Below are positions 1-7,464 of a DNA stretch of 55,679 nt, piece after piece. Origin of the DNA: an uncultured Gammaproteobacteria bacterium (GTDB lineage Bacteria > Pseudomonadota > Gammaproteobacteria > GCA-001735895). Both the position numbers and the translations under genes were made by a program. The notes under the pieces are model-generated. The model did not search any database, was not told where the DNA came from, and saw only the letters and a program-made list of their open reading frames with translations. Each line of letters begins with the position of its first letter. Position 1 is the first letter of the stretch. The stretch covers positions 1 through 55,679 of the forward strand of contig CALJYH010000121.1 of the NCBI GenBank assembly GCA_937984095.1, written 5' to 3'.

Positions 1-59
1 GGCCAGTCTGCTAAGATTCTACTTTGTAACCATTCTGCTGCCACGCCAAAGAACCGAAT

Positions 60-737
60 ATGATTGATAGCAATGCCAGGAACCTGGCCGTGGAAGTACG
101 AAACCTGCCACCCTCGATGCTGGACGCGAGCTTGTTGGCCGAGTACGTCAAAACCGGTGAAGCCTACGATCTGTCGGAATTGTGCAAAAAGGGCGATGTC
201 TCGCTGAAACAGGTCGCACAGATAATTGTCGCGAGCGGGCTTGACGAAATAGACAAGCTACCCGGATACGCCATGACATATGAAACATTTGAGTTGGCTG
301 AAAACCTCTACTCGATTGGTGAGTCAAGACTGAAATGGCAGCAAACCCGGAACCGGCACAAACCCGATTACCTGGAAGGTCGTTTATCGAGAGAAGCATT
401 GAAAAGCCTTGAACTGGACGAGAAAAAGAGTAAACGCCACTATGCAGATATTTACTTTCGATCGTGGGCAGTTTTCTGGGGTGAGAAGTTTCTCAAACGC
501 ATGATTCACAAGATTGATAGCCGCATTATTTCCAGCATACCGGAAGAACTAATCACCGAAAAAGTTTGTTTTGCCGCCGTTTTAAAATCGGGTTTGGCAC
601 TGCGTTACGTGCCAGAGTCAATGCGTAGCCTCGCTGTCTGTACTCAGGCAGTGCAGGAAAATCCAGCCGCAATCGCTTTTACGCCTGGCCGTCTGCGCGA
701 TCAAATCAGGGAATTGCAGGTTCAGGAGTTCAATTAA
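60..737 (+). CDS. DUF4116-repeat hypothetical protein
   Basis: 225-aa ORF with ATG at 60. The C-terminal third has two ~30-aa repeats of the DUF4116 kind (KVCFAAVLKSGLALRYVPESM / AVCTQAVQENPAAIAFTPGRL). No catalytic motif recognised. Confidence 0.5.
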   Translation: MIDSNARNLAVEVRNLPPSMLDASLLAEYVKTGEAYDLSELCKKGDVSLKQVAQIIVASGLDEIDKLPGYAMTYETFELAENLYSIGESRLKWQQTRNRHKPDYLEGRLSREALKSLELDEKKSKRHYADIYFRSWAVFWGEKFLKRMIHKIDSRIISSIPEELITEKVCFAAVLKSGLALRYVPESMRSLAVCTQAVQENPAAIAFTPGRLRDQIRELQVQEFN

Positions 738-938
738 ATCAGCCACTTCCGGGGTTTCGATGCTGCTACAAGTGCAGTGCGATGCTTATATTCTCCGTGT
801 TTCATTCTTCTCATAACGCTTTTGTTAACGATTGATTGATTATTTTTAACAAAATGTGCCGGTAATTAGCTATATAGATACTTGCGATAGGTTCAAGCAA
901 GCAGTCACTAACCGTAACTTGATCAATGGTATTGAGAA

Positions 939-1172
939 ATGAATATTTCAAAATCAGAAGCTGATTCTCAAAAAAGAACCGCTAAACTGAGAAACTTTGA
1001 CTTGACGGTCGAAGAAATCAGGATATTGAAGGCCATCGAAGATCTAACCCAGGCCCTTGAAAATATTGAACACAAGAATAATCGACCCGAACGACTGGAA
1101 TATTTTCGTTGCGCAATAAGGCAGCTCGAAGACAAGTTAGAAGAGGTCAGGGAAAATACGCTGATTAGATAG
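939..1172 (+). CDS. small charged coiled-coil protein, unknown function
   Basis: 77-aa ORF with an ATG start in an AT-rich segment. It aligns by eye with the 86-aa ORF at 2918-3178 on the other strand: both begin MNIS and share the block ERLEYFRCAIRQLEDKLEEVR / HRLLFLKRELSNLEARLIKIR. Confidence 0.45.
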   Translation: MNISKSEADSQKRTAKLRNFDLTVEEIRILKAIEDLTQALENIEHKNNRPERLEYFRCAIRQLEDKLEEVRENTLIR

Positions 1173-1253
1173 CAGTTTTAAATGCGCAGTATCTATTGGC
1201 GGGAATGAGTTACCGACATACTTACAAGGAAAGAAAAGACAACCTGCTCTTTT

Positions 1254-2024
1254 TTATTTCCCCAACTGATTATCAATCCAGGCTTTAGCATCGCCCATCA
1301 CCGCTTTTCCCGCCAGATAATCATCGATGATTTCAAGCATACGCCGTCGCCCAAATGATCCATAGTGACCACCATGGACAGTTTCAACATCGAGTTCGCG
1401 TAATCGCTGTAAACTCTCTCGATAGATCATTTTATCCGAGTGATAGACGGTATCGAATAACTCGCCATTATAAATCGCATCACCACTGAACAGCGTCTTG
1501 CTTTTTAACTCGTAGAGTGCGATCGAACCGGGCGAATGCCCGGGTAAATGCAACACCTGGAATGCCCGATCACCCAGGTCAACGACATCACCTTCATCGA
1601 GGTAGCCCGTCAATGGTGCGGGTATAACCCGGTAGCTTTCATAATGGAAATCATTGTCGGGCAATGCCAAAAAAGTTTCCGCGCGCACAAATTCGGCCGC
1701 CCCGGAATTTTCATGGTTCGGTTCACGATGCAGCGCTTCCTCAAGCCGATGACCAAGGCGACATTCGAACTCATGTGCTCCGCCGATATGATCGAAATGG
1801 CAATGGGTCGATATCACGGTAATCTGTTTTTCGCTAAGAGTTGCTATTTCCTGTTTCAAAGGTCTTAAGCCCATCCCGGAGTCGATCAGCAGGTCAAAAT
1901 TTTTGCCACTCAAGTGCCAGATATTGCAGCGTAGCCAATGGGCAATGTATTTTTCTCGTATCAGGCTAAGGTCGTCTGATATGGGGATAACTTCGTACCA
2001 GTCATCGATGGCCATTTTATTCAT
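1254..2024 (-). CDS. MBL-fold metallo-hydrolase
   Basis: HxHxDH motif (THCHFDHIGG), followed by HLPGHSPGS and GDAIY. The track ORF opens with TTG at 2036; the first ATG (2024) is used here, so the start is uncertain. Confidence 0.8.
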   Translation of the reverse strand: MNKMAIDDWYEVIPISDDLSLIREKYIAHWLRCNIWHLSGKNFDLLIDSGMGLRPLKQEIATLSEKQITVISTHCHFDHIGGAHEFECRLGHRLEEALHREPNHENSGAAEFVRAETFLALPDNDFHYESYRVIPAPLTGYLDEGDVVDLGDRAFQVLHLPGHSPGSIALYELKSKTLFSGDAIYNGELFDTVYHSDKMIYRESLQRLRELDVETVHGGHYGSFGRRRMLEIIDDYLAGKAVMGDAKAWIDNQLGK

Positions 2025-2203
2025 CGCAATTCGCAATAGACCTCTTGTTGGTTATGTCTGTTATGGGGTGCACGAATAATTATTTTTCATTCTATCGAAA
2101 GCCTGTAAATTTCTCCAAAATGAGACACTCAAAAACACATGTTCGGGGAATTTTATCTGCTATCTACTGTCCTAGGAACTACATACTTTCTGGAGACTTC
2201 CTT

Positions 2204-2725
2204 ATGGAAAGACGACTATTTATCGCCGGCGCGATCACTTCTGCCCTGGCAATTGCTGCAAATAGAGGTGTTATTGCTTCCACGGATTCTTCCGCAATGA
2301 AAGGGGATTTTCCACCCATCGACAAGACCAGGGAAGATTGGCAAAAGCTGTTGGACGCACAGCAGTACAAGGTGTTGTTCGAGGAAGCGACAGAACGCCC
2401 CTGGACCAGTCCTTTGAATGATGAAAAGCGCGAAGGTATCTATATCTGCGCCGCTTGCTATTTGCCGTTGTTTCTCTCGGAAACCAAGTTTGACAGTGGA
2501 ACGGGTTGGCCCAGCTTCTACCAGGCAATTGAAGGAAATGCCGGGACCAAACGGGACTGGAAGCTTCTATTTCCTCGCACTGAATACCATTGCGCCCGTT
2601 GTAGTGGTCATCAGGGGCATGTGTTCAATGATGGCCCAGAACCTACTGGACAACGCTGGTGTAACAACGGCGTGGCACTGCGTTTTGTTCCTTCTTCAGA
2701 ATCGTTGCCCCCATTAAGGATATAA
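2204..2725 (+). CDS. msrB: peptide-methionine (R)-S-oxide reductase MsrB with twin-arginine-like signal
   Basis: Two CxxC zinc pairs (CAAC, CARC), GTGWPSF, and the catalytic RWCNNG. ATG 2204 is preceded by GGAG at 2192. The N-terminus is MERRLFIAGAITSALAIAA. The first 53 codons of the track ORF are treated as non-coding. Confidence 0.85.
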   Translation: MERRLFIAGAITSALAIAANRGVIASTDSSAMKGDFPPIDKTREDWQKLLDAQQYKVLFEEATERPWTSPLNDEKREGIYICAACYLPLFLSETKFDSGTGWPSFYQAIEGNAGTKRDWKLLFPRTEYHCARCSGHQGHVFNDGPEPTGQRWCNNGVALRFVPSSESLPPLRI

Positions 2726-2811
2726 AGTTTACCAATAAGACAGTATTAGTGTAGTTCGTCGAGTTATCACAAAGACTCAATCGTTCTCAGACCCTAATCT
2801 TGATTTTAGGA

Positions 2812-2900
2812 GATTTCTTTCCTGCAGAAAGACACTACGAAGTGCCGGGGCAGATTAGGAGAGCGGCCAGCAGTGGACACTGTCGAGGAAACAGACACTC
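2812..2900 (+). repeat. unclassified intergenic repeat, copy 1
   Basis: GATTTCTTTCCT...GGAGAGCGGCCAGCAG...AAACAGACACTC. It aligns by eye with the copies at 4212, 5686 and 7208, all on the same strand. Confidence 0.5.
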
Positions 2901-2917
2901 AAATTTCAAAGCTCAAG

Positions 2918-3178
2918 TTACTTAAATTTTGATAAATGGATAACGGTTTTCATTCTGCTGGCTTTGTACCGAATTTTTATCAATCTCGCTTCAAGATTCG
3001 AGAGTTCTCTTTTGAGGAAAAGTAATCTATGCGAGCAAGGGTCTTCCGATTCCAGTTGCTTAATCACTTCTCTAGAATTATTTATCGATCTGACAAGTTT
3101 AGTCTCATCGATAGCGAGCCCCAGGCAGATTAAAAGGCGAGCTGTTGATGTTGGTGTAATTTGAGGAGAGATATTCAA
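2918..3178 (-). CDS. small coiled-coil protein, paralogue of 939-1172
   Basis: 86-aa ORF with a TTG start, preceded by GAGG and with a stop just upstream in frame. Shares the MNIS start and the C-terminal heptad block with the 77-aa ORF. Confidence 0.4.
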   Translation of the reverse strand: MNISPQITPTSTARLLICLGLAIDETKLVRSINNSREVIKQLESEDPCSHRLLFLKRELSNLEARLIKIRYKASRMKTVIHLSKFK

Positions 3179-3625
3179 AGCGCCTCGTCCTTGGTCCTAA
3201 TTACTTCCGATACTACACAGGCAATTAAAACATCCACATCACCCATATGGGCTAAATTGACATGAACAATGCGCGCCCTAGCTAACTTCATTAGCGAATA
3301 AATATCACTTGCTACTCGGCTATCATCCCTTTAACGGATACTTAATTTTCGTGATTCCAGGGACCGGGAGTGGCTATTTGCAGAAATCTATCCCCTTAAT
3401 TTAATCAATCTTTGGCTTTCGCATCAATTCATGCTTTGAAGGTTTCACAATTCAATTTAGCATCTGATCGGAACCGAATTATAATGCTTTTTTGGTCAAC
3501 GTATCAGATATCTGATCCTTTGGTGTCGCCAAATAGAACTTTTTTAATATTAGTTGCTAGATGCAACTATTGCCCTATGCTCTGCGAATCTTTTCAAATA
3601 ACAACTTAGTTTGGGGGATCAGGCA

Positions 3626-4072
3626 ATGAACGTGATTTCAAAAGGGCTACTGGTGATATTCGGGCTAACAAACTCAATTGCCAGTGCTGATTTTTTAGGA
3701 GAAGCCGATGATAACTACCTCGGGGTTCAAATGACGATGCCGCTCGATTCTAAATCCGTGGGCATATTTTCAGGTCACAATCAATATAATTACCTGTTGA
3801 TCGAGCAGAATGATGGCATCAAAAAAGGAATAGCACTGACTCAAGATAGCAACGGCAATAAAATCCTGAACTACCTGAGGCCGTCTGCCACATTCGATAT
3901 TATCGATAGCAGGCTTTCGAACTATGCAGTGCCTATCTTGAGGCTCGATGCGGAAGCTAGTAGCGATACTAATAATTCGACAGATTATGCCGCAGCGGGA
4001 TTAGTGGCACTCGTGGTCGTCGGAGTAATTGTGAAACGCGATCTTGAAAAAGACTGGAAGGTAGCAGATTGA
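3626..4072 (+). CDS. hypothetical exported protein with C-terminal membrane anchor
   Basis: ATG 3626 follows GGGGGA. N-terminal signal-like MNVISKGLLVIFGLTNSIASA and a C-terminal hydrophobic stretch GLVALVVVGVIV followed by KRD. No family recognised; AT-rich. Confidence 0.45.
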   Translation: MNVISKGLLVIFGLTNSIASADFLGEADDNYLGVQMTMPLDSKSVGIFSGHNQYNYLLIEQNDGIKKGIALTQDSNGNKILNYLRPSATFDIIDSRLSNYAVPILRLDAEASSDTNNSTDYAAAGLVALVVVGVIVKRDLEKDWKVAD

Positions 4073-4211
4073 GTTTAGATTTTTCTCAAGAGTAGGCTCC
4101 CGTGAACAGCAATAGCTTGCTGCGAATTCGGATTACGCCAGTCAACTGAGGGACGGTATTCGTGTTTATTTTATAGGTCGTCCGCTGCCGGTAATTAAAA
4201 AGTTAGAAAGT

Positions 4212-4290
4212 ATTTCTTCTCCTAAGAAGGTGCTGAAATGCATTACCTGGGCTTCTGAGAGCGGCCAGGAGCTGCCTCTCAGGAAATAAG
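4212..4290 (+). repeat. unclassified intergenic repeat, copy 2
   Basis: ATTTCTTCTCCT...GAGAGCGGCCAGGAG...CAGGAAATAAG. Contains a 7-bp hairpin, CTGAGAG (4255-4261) / CTCTCAG (4276-4282). Confidence 0.45.
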
Positions 4291-4450
4291 CTACTATGGA
4301 ATTTTCAAGAACACTATGTTGGGATGTGAAATACTCCCGGCCCGATCGATCTTCCAGACTGGTTGTTCGTAAAATCTCAACCCTTCATGTACATATCCGT
4401 GTGAGCAAGGGCTTGCCCATCTGCTGAGTAATGCGGGATAGTCCGTGAAG

Positions 4451-5521
4451 TTAGACTTTGCCCTTTGAGCGGGAAAATTCAAGCATACGCTCGATCGGTT
4501 TCAGCGCTTTCTTGCGTATCGATTCGTCGATATGGATCTCATGGCTAACGTCATGCTCATCTTCCAGAACCGCGGCAAGGTTATCCAGGCTGTTCATTGC
4601 CATCCATGGACAATGGGCGCAACTGACACAGGATGCGCTGTCGCCACCTGTGGGCACGGCAATCAGCTTTTTGTCGGGAGCCGCTTCGTGCATCTTGTGA
4701 AAAAGTCCAAAATCGGTTGCAACGATCAGGGTCTTCGCTGTAGATGCTTTAGCAGCATTGATCAGCTGCGTCGTGGAACCAACTGCACTCGCCATATCAA
4801 GCACCTCGGTAGGCGACTCCGGATGCGCAATTACCTCGGCATCAGGATGCTCCTGCATTAGCTGCCTCAGTGAGTTTGCCTTGAACTCATCATGTACGAC
4901 ACAGAAACCTTGCCAGTTGAGAATGTCAGCACCGGTCTGCTTCTGCACATAATTGCCGAGATGACGATCAGGTGCAAAGATGATCTTCTCGCCTCTGGCG
5001 TGCAGGTGGGCTACGATATCGACGGCATTTGAGGAAGTGACTACCCAGTCAGAACGGGCCTTGACATCGGCACTGGTGTTAGCATAGACCATCACGGTCC
5101 TATCGAGGTGCTGATCGCAGAAGGCACTGAAGCTTTCGATCGGACAACTCAGATCGAGTGAGCATTCCGCAGCCAAATCCGGCATGATCACACGTTTTTC
5201 CGGGTTGAGAATCTTTGCTGATTCGCCCATGAAACGCACCCCTACTACAACCAGCGTAGTTGCCGGATGACGGTTACCGTAATCAGCCATACCCAGCGAA
5301 TCACCGACGTAGCCGCCAGTGGCATCCGTCAGGATCTGCAGCTGCTCATCGACATAATAATGCGTGATGAGTACCGCATTCCTCTGTTTGAGCAAGATCT
5401 TGATCTTCTCGAACAACGAGTCGCGTTGCTTGGGCGTCAAACTGCGCGGCTCGGCCGCGTGCAACGCCTTGCTGCGAATCTCATCGACAAGCTCAAGCGG
5501 AATTGCGGATGCTTTACCCAT
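4451..5521 (-). CDS. nadA: quinolinate synthase
   Basis: Full-length NadA-like sequence ([23 protein letters not shown], three-domain Cys pattern including [10 protein letters not shown]). The first ATG is at 5521; the track ORF starts four codons earlier at a TTG. Confidence 0.9.
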   Translation of the reverse strand: MGKASAIPLELVDEIRSKALHAAEPRSLTPKQRDSLFEKIKILLKQRNAVLITHYYVDEQLQILTDATGGYVGDSLGMADYGNRHPATTLVVVGVRFMGESAKILNPEKRVIMPDLAAECSLDLSCPIESFSAFCDQHLDRTVMVYANTSADVKARSDWVVTSSNAVDIVAHLHARGEKIIFAPDRHLGNYVQKQTGADILNWQGFCVVHDEFKANSLRQLMQEHPDAEVIAHPESPTEVLDMASAVGSTTQLINAAKASTAKTLIVATDFGLFHKMHEAAPDKKLIAVPTGGDSASCVSCAHCPWMAMNSLDNLAAVLEDEHDVSHEIHIDESIRKKALKPIERMLEFSRSKGKV

Positions 5522-5685
5522 AAACGACTTCAAACGAAATAAGAATCTCGACAGAATAAACGAGTGTTTTTAATTAAGCCATGGATTTCGATTAACGGCA
5601 ATCCCGAAAAAACTACTCACCGCACGAATCCTTAGCACCCATTTTTGGGTGACTTCGAAAGCATGTAATCGTTTAATGGGAGACT

Positions 5686-5752
5686 GATTTCTCCAAAGGG
5701 GACACTCATAAAGCCAGGACGGGAGGCGACCTTCGGCCAGAAACGAACGCTC
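5686..5752 (+). repeat. unclassified intergenic repeat, copy 3
   Basis: GATTTCTCCAAAGGGGACACTC...GGAGGCGACCTTCGGCCAGAAACGAACGCTC. 48 of 67 positions are identical to copy 4 in an ungapped hand alignment. Confidence 0.55.
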
Positions 5753-5853
5753 AACAATGAATCGATAATATGTTATCGAGTCAATTACCTTATAATTCAG
5801 CTGTTAGAAGGCAAGGTTCAGTTTCATAAACATCGGGGCGGAGATAATAAGCA

Positions 5854-6243
5854 ATGACAGAGCAATCAGGTGAAGTCACCGTTGAGTTCCTAGAGGCGTT
5901 TGCAGATGCCTGGAATCGTCACGATGTAGATGGCCTCATGTCGTTTATGACTGATGATTGCATCTTTGAATCCTCAGGAGGAGAAAACGCTTGTGGTACT
6001 CGTTATGAGGGTGCGGAAGCAGTTCGGAAGGGATATTTAAAATCTTGGAAAGATTTCCCAGATGCACAGTGGAACAATGCTCGCCATTTTGTGCAAGGTG
6101 ACCGAGGTGTCTCTGAATGGATATTCACGGGTACGAATGCAGATGGCAAACGATCTGAAGTTGCGGGCTGCGATATATTTACATTCCGAGATGGAAAGAT
6201 TCTGGTCAAAAATTCCTATCGAAAAAATCGCCCACTAATATAA
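5854..6243 (+). CDS. SnoaL-like / NTF2-fold protein
   Basis: 129 aa. The N-terminal FLEAFADAWNRHDVDGLMSFMTDDCIFE pattern is typical of SnoaL-like polyketide-cyclase-fold proteins. Confidence 0.7.
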   Translation: MTEQSGEVTVEFLEAFADAWNRHDVDGLMSFMTDDCIFESSGGENACGTRYEGAEAVRKGYLKSWKDFPDAQWNNARHFVQGDRGVSEWIFTGTNADGKRSEVAGCDIFTFRDGKILVKNSYRKNRPLI

Positions 6244-6270
6244 ATGTCATTATTTGGAACCAACTTGCCT

Positions 6271-6331
6271 GCTAACAAACGCATGCAGTCGGACGCAGCA
6301 GAGCAGCGCCGCTGATGAGAAGCGTTATGTT
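6271..6331 (+). repeat. attC-like imperfect palindrome (candidate cassette recombination site)
   Basis: The outer stem pairs AACAAACG (6274-6281) with CGTT-A-TGTT (6323-6331). The inner stem pairs CATGCAGTCGG (6282-6292) with CCGCTGATG (6309-6317), leaving G6285 and T6289 bulged. The ends are CTAAC...GTTATGT, which resemble R''/R' boxes. Confidence 0.45.
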
Positions 6332-6351
6332 TGTATAAATTTGGAAATACC

Positions 6352-6990
6352 ATGACACTAAACGAAGAACTAGCTGATGTTGAAGCTGACATAGTGAATC
6401 GCAATGGAAGTGGAATCACCTCTTTGTTCGAGCAGCAGATAGATGCGGCTGAGCTTCATTTGCAAAGCACTTCAGTCGCTGAGGTTGGAAATTTGGCTAA
6501 GGATTTTTCCCTCAAAGATACCAAAGGAACAGTAGTAACCCTAAGTGAAATTGTGTTGGATGGCCCCATCATCCTCACTTTTTACCGAGGTAGTTGGTGC
6601 AACTTTTGTAACGCTGCTTTGAAATTCTGGGACAACCACGTGCCAGAAATAGAAGCCTGTGGATCAAAGCTTTTTGCGATAGCACCAGAAAAGATTGAAA
6701 TCTGCCGAGAATTCAAGGCTGCCTCTGGTATAAGATTTGAACTCCTCAGTGATTCGAATAACAAGGTAGCGGCAATGTACGGTCTGGTTTACGAACTACC
6801 TAAGGCAGCAAGGGAGAAATTGTCTAGTTTTGGAACCGATGTAGGAATGATAAATGGAAGCGGATCATGGGAAGTACCGATTACAGCCACCTATGTTATT
6901 GGAAAAGACCAAAGAGTACGACTTGCCGATTGCGGCCCCGATTACCGTAGAAGGTTAGAGCCAGAAGCTGTCCTTGCAGCGCTGTCATGA
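6352..6990 (+). CDS. peroxiredoxin-like (AhpC/TSA-redoxin family) protein
   Basis: Thioredoxin-fold motif FYRGSWCNFCN. Start taken at ATG 6352, because the track start at 6331 is a TTG lying inside the attC-like element. Confidence 0.7.
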   Translation: MTLNEELADVEADIVNRNGSGITSLFEQQIDAAELHLQSTSVAEVGNLAKDFSLKDTKGTVVTLSEIVLDGPIILTFYRGSWCNFCNAALKFWDNHVPEIEACGSKLFAIAPEKIEICREFKAASGIRFELLSDSNNKVAAMYGLVYELPKAAREKLSSFGTDVGMINGSGSWEVPITATYVIGKDQRVRLADCGPDYRRRLEPEAVLAALS

Positions 6991-6993
6991 AAA

Positions 6994-7086
6994 ACATAAC
7001 AAGCGCATGCAGACGGATCAACAACCCTCTACACCGCCGCTGACTGCTGAAGACAGGTATTAACGAGTGTCTCTTATGGGTTGTGA
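6994..7086 (+). repeat. degenerate attC-like element
   Basis: The 5' arm at 6996-7017 matches 6272-6293 at 19 of 22 positions. CCGCCGCTGA at 7034-7043 matches 6306-6315 at 9 of 10. The 3' side carries an insertion and ends GTTGTGA (7080-7086). Confidence 0.3.
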
Positions 7087-7207
7087 TTTCAACCGGTCTC
7101 TGCTTCATTTACAACATCCTCCACTCTATAGTTAGAGATTAGGTGTTGCATCGACCGATTGAAATCACAGTCGGATACCGCCGCTGATACATTGGATTTG
7201 AGCGGCA

Positions 7208-7274
7208 GCTTTCTCCAAAAGAGACGCTCAATTGGCTGGGCTAGGAGGCAATCTTCGGCCAGGAACAGACGCTG
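7208..7274 (+). repeat. unclassified intergenic repeat, copy 4
   Basis: GCTTTCTCCAAAAGAGACGCTC...GGAGGCAATCTTCGGCCAGGAACAGACGCTG. Same strand and register as copy 3. Confidence 0.55.
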
Positions 7275-7464
7275 GAATCTACTAGAAGTCGGTTGTCTAT
7301 TTTCTCGTTACTCGAATGATTGGCTTAGGATGTCCATTATCCGTAAGTTCGACTACACCCATTTCGCGATATACCTATTTGCCGCAATTCACAATATCCT
7401 TAATTTGAGTTGTGGTGGGAATCGCCATAAAAATCAGAATGAAGAAATATTAAAGGGTCTCCAG

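Noticed and set aside
2045-2203. 53-codon N-terminal extension of msrB
   Set aside because: The sequence is AT-rich and odd in composition. A GGAG RBS and a Tat-like signal start at ATG 2204.
4294-4482. 62-aa ORF overlapping the nadA 3' end
   Set aside because: It overlaps the nadA stop region on the same strand, has no RBS and shows no recognisable similarity. It is probably spurious.
7159-7464. 102-codon N-terminal extension of the hydrolase-fusion ORF in the track
   Set aside because: It starts at a TTG, runs through the inverted repeat and repeat copy 4, and has no protein-like character. A clean signal peptide begins at ATG 7465.
5534-7464. Calling the region a complete integron
   Set aside because: No intI-like tyrosine recombinase, attI or Pc promoter is recognisable in the window. 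Only one attC-like site is well formed. It is reported as attC-like/CALIN-like only.
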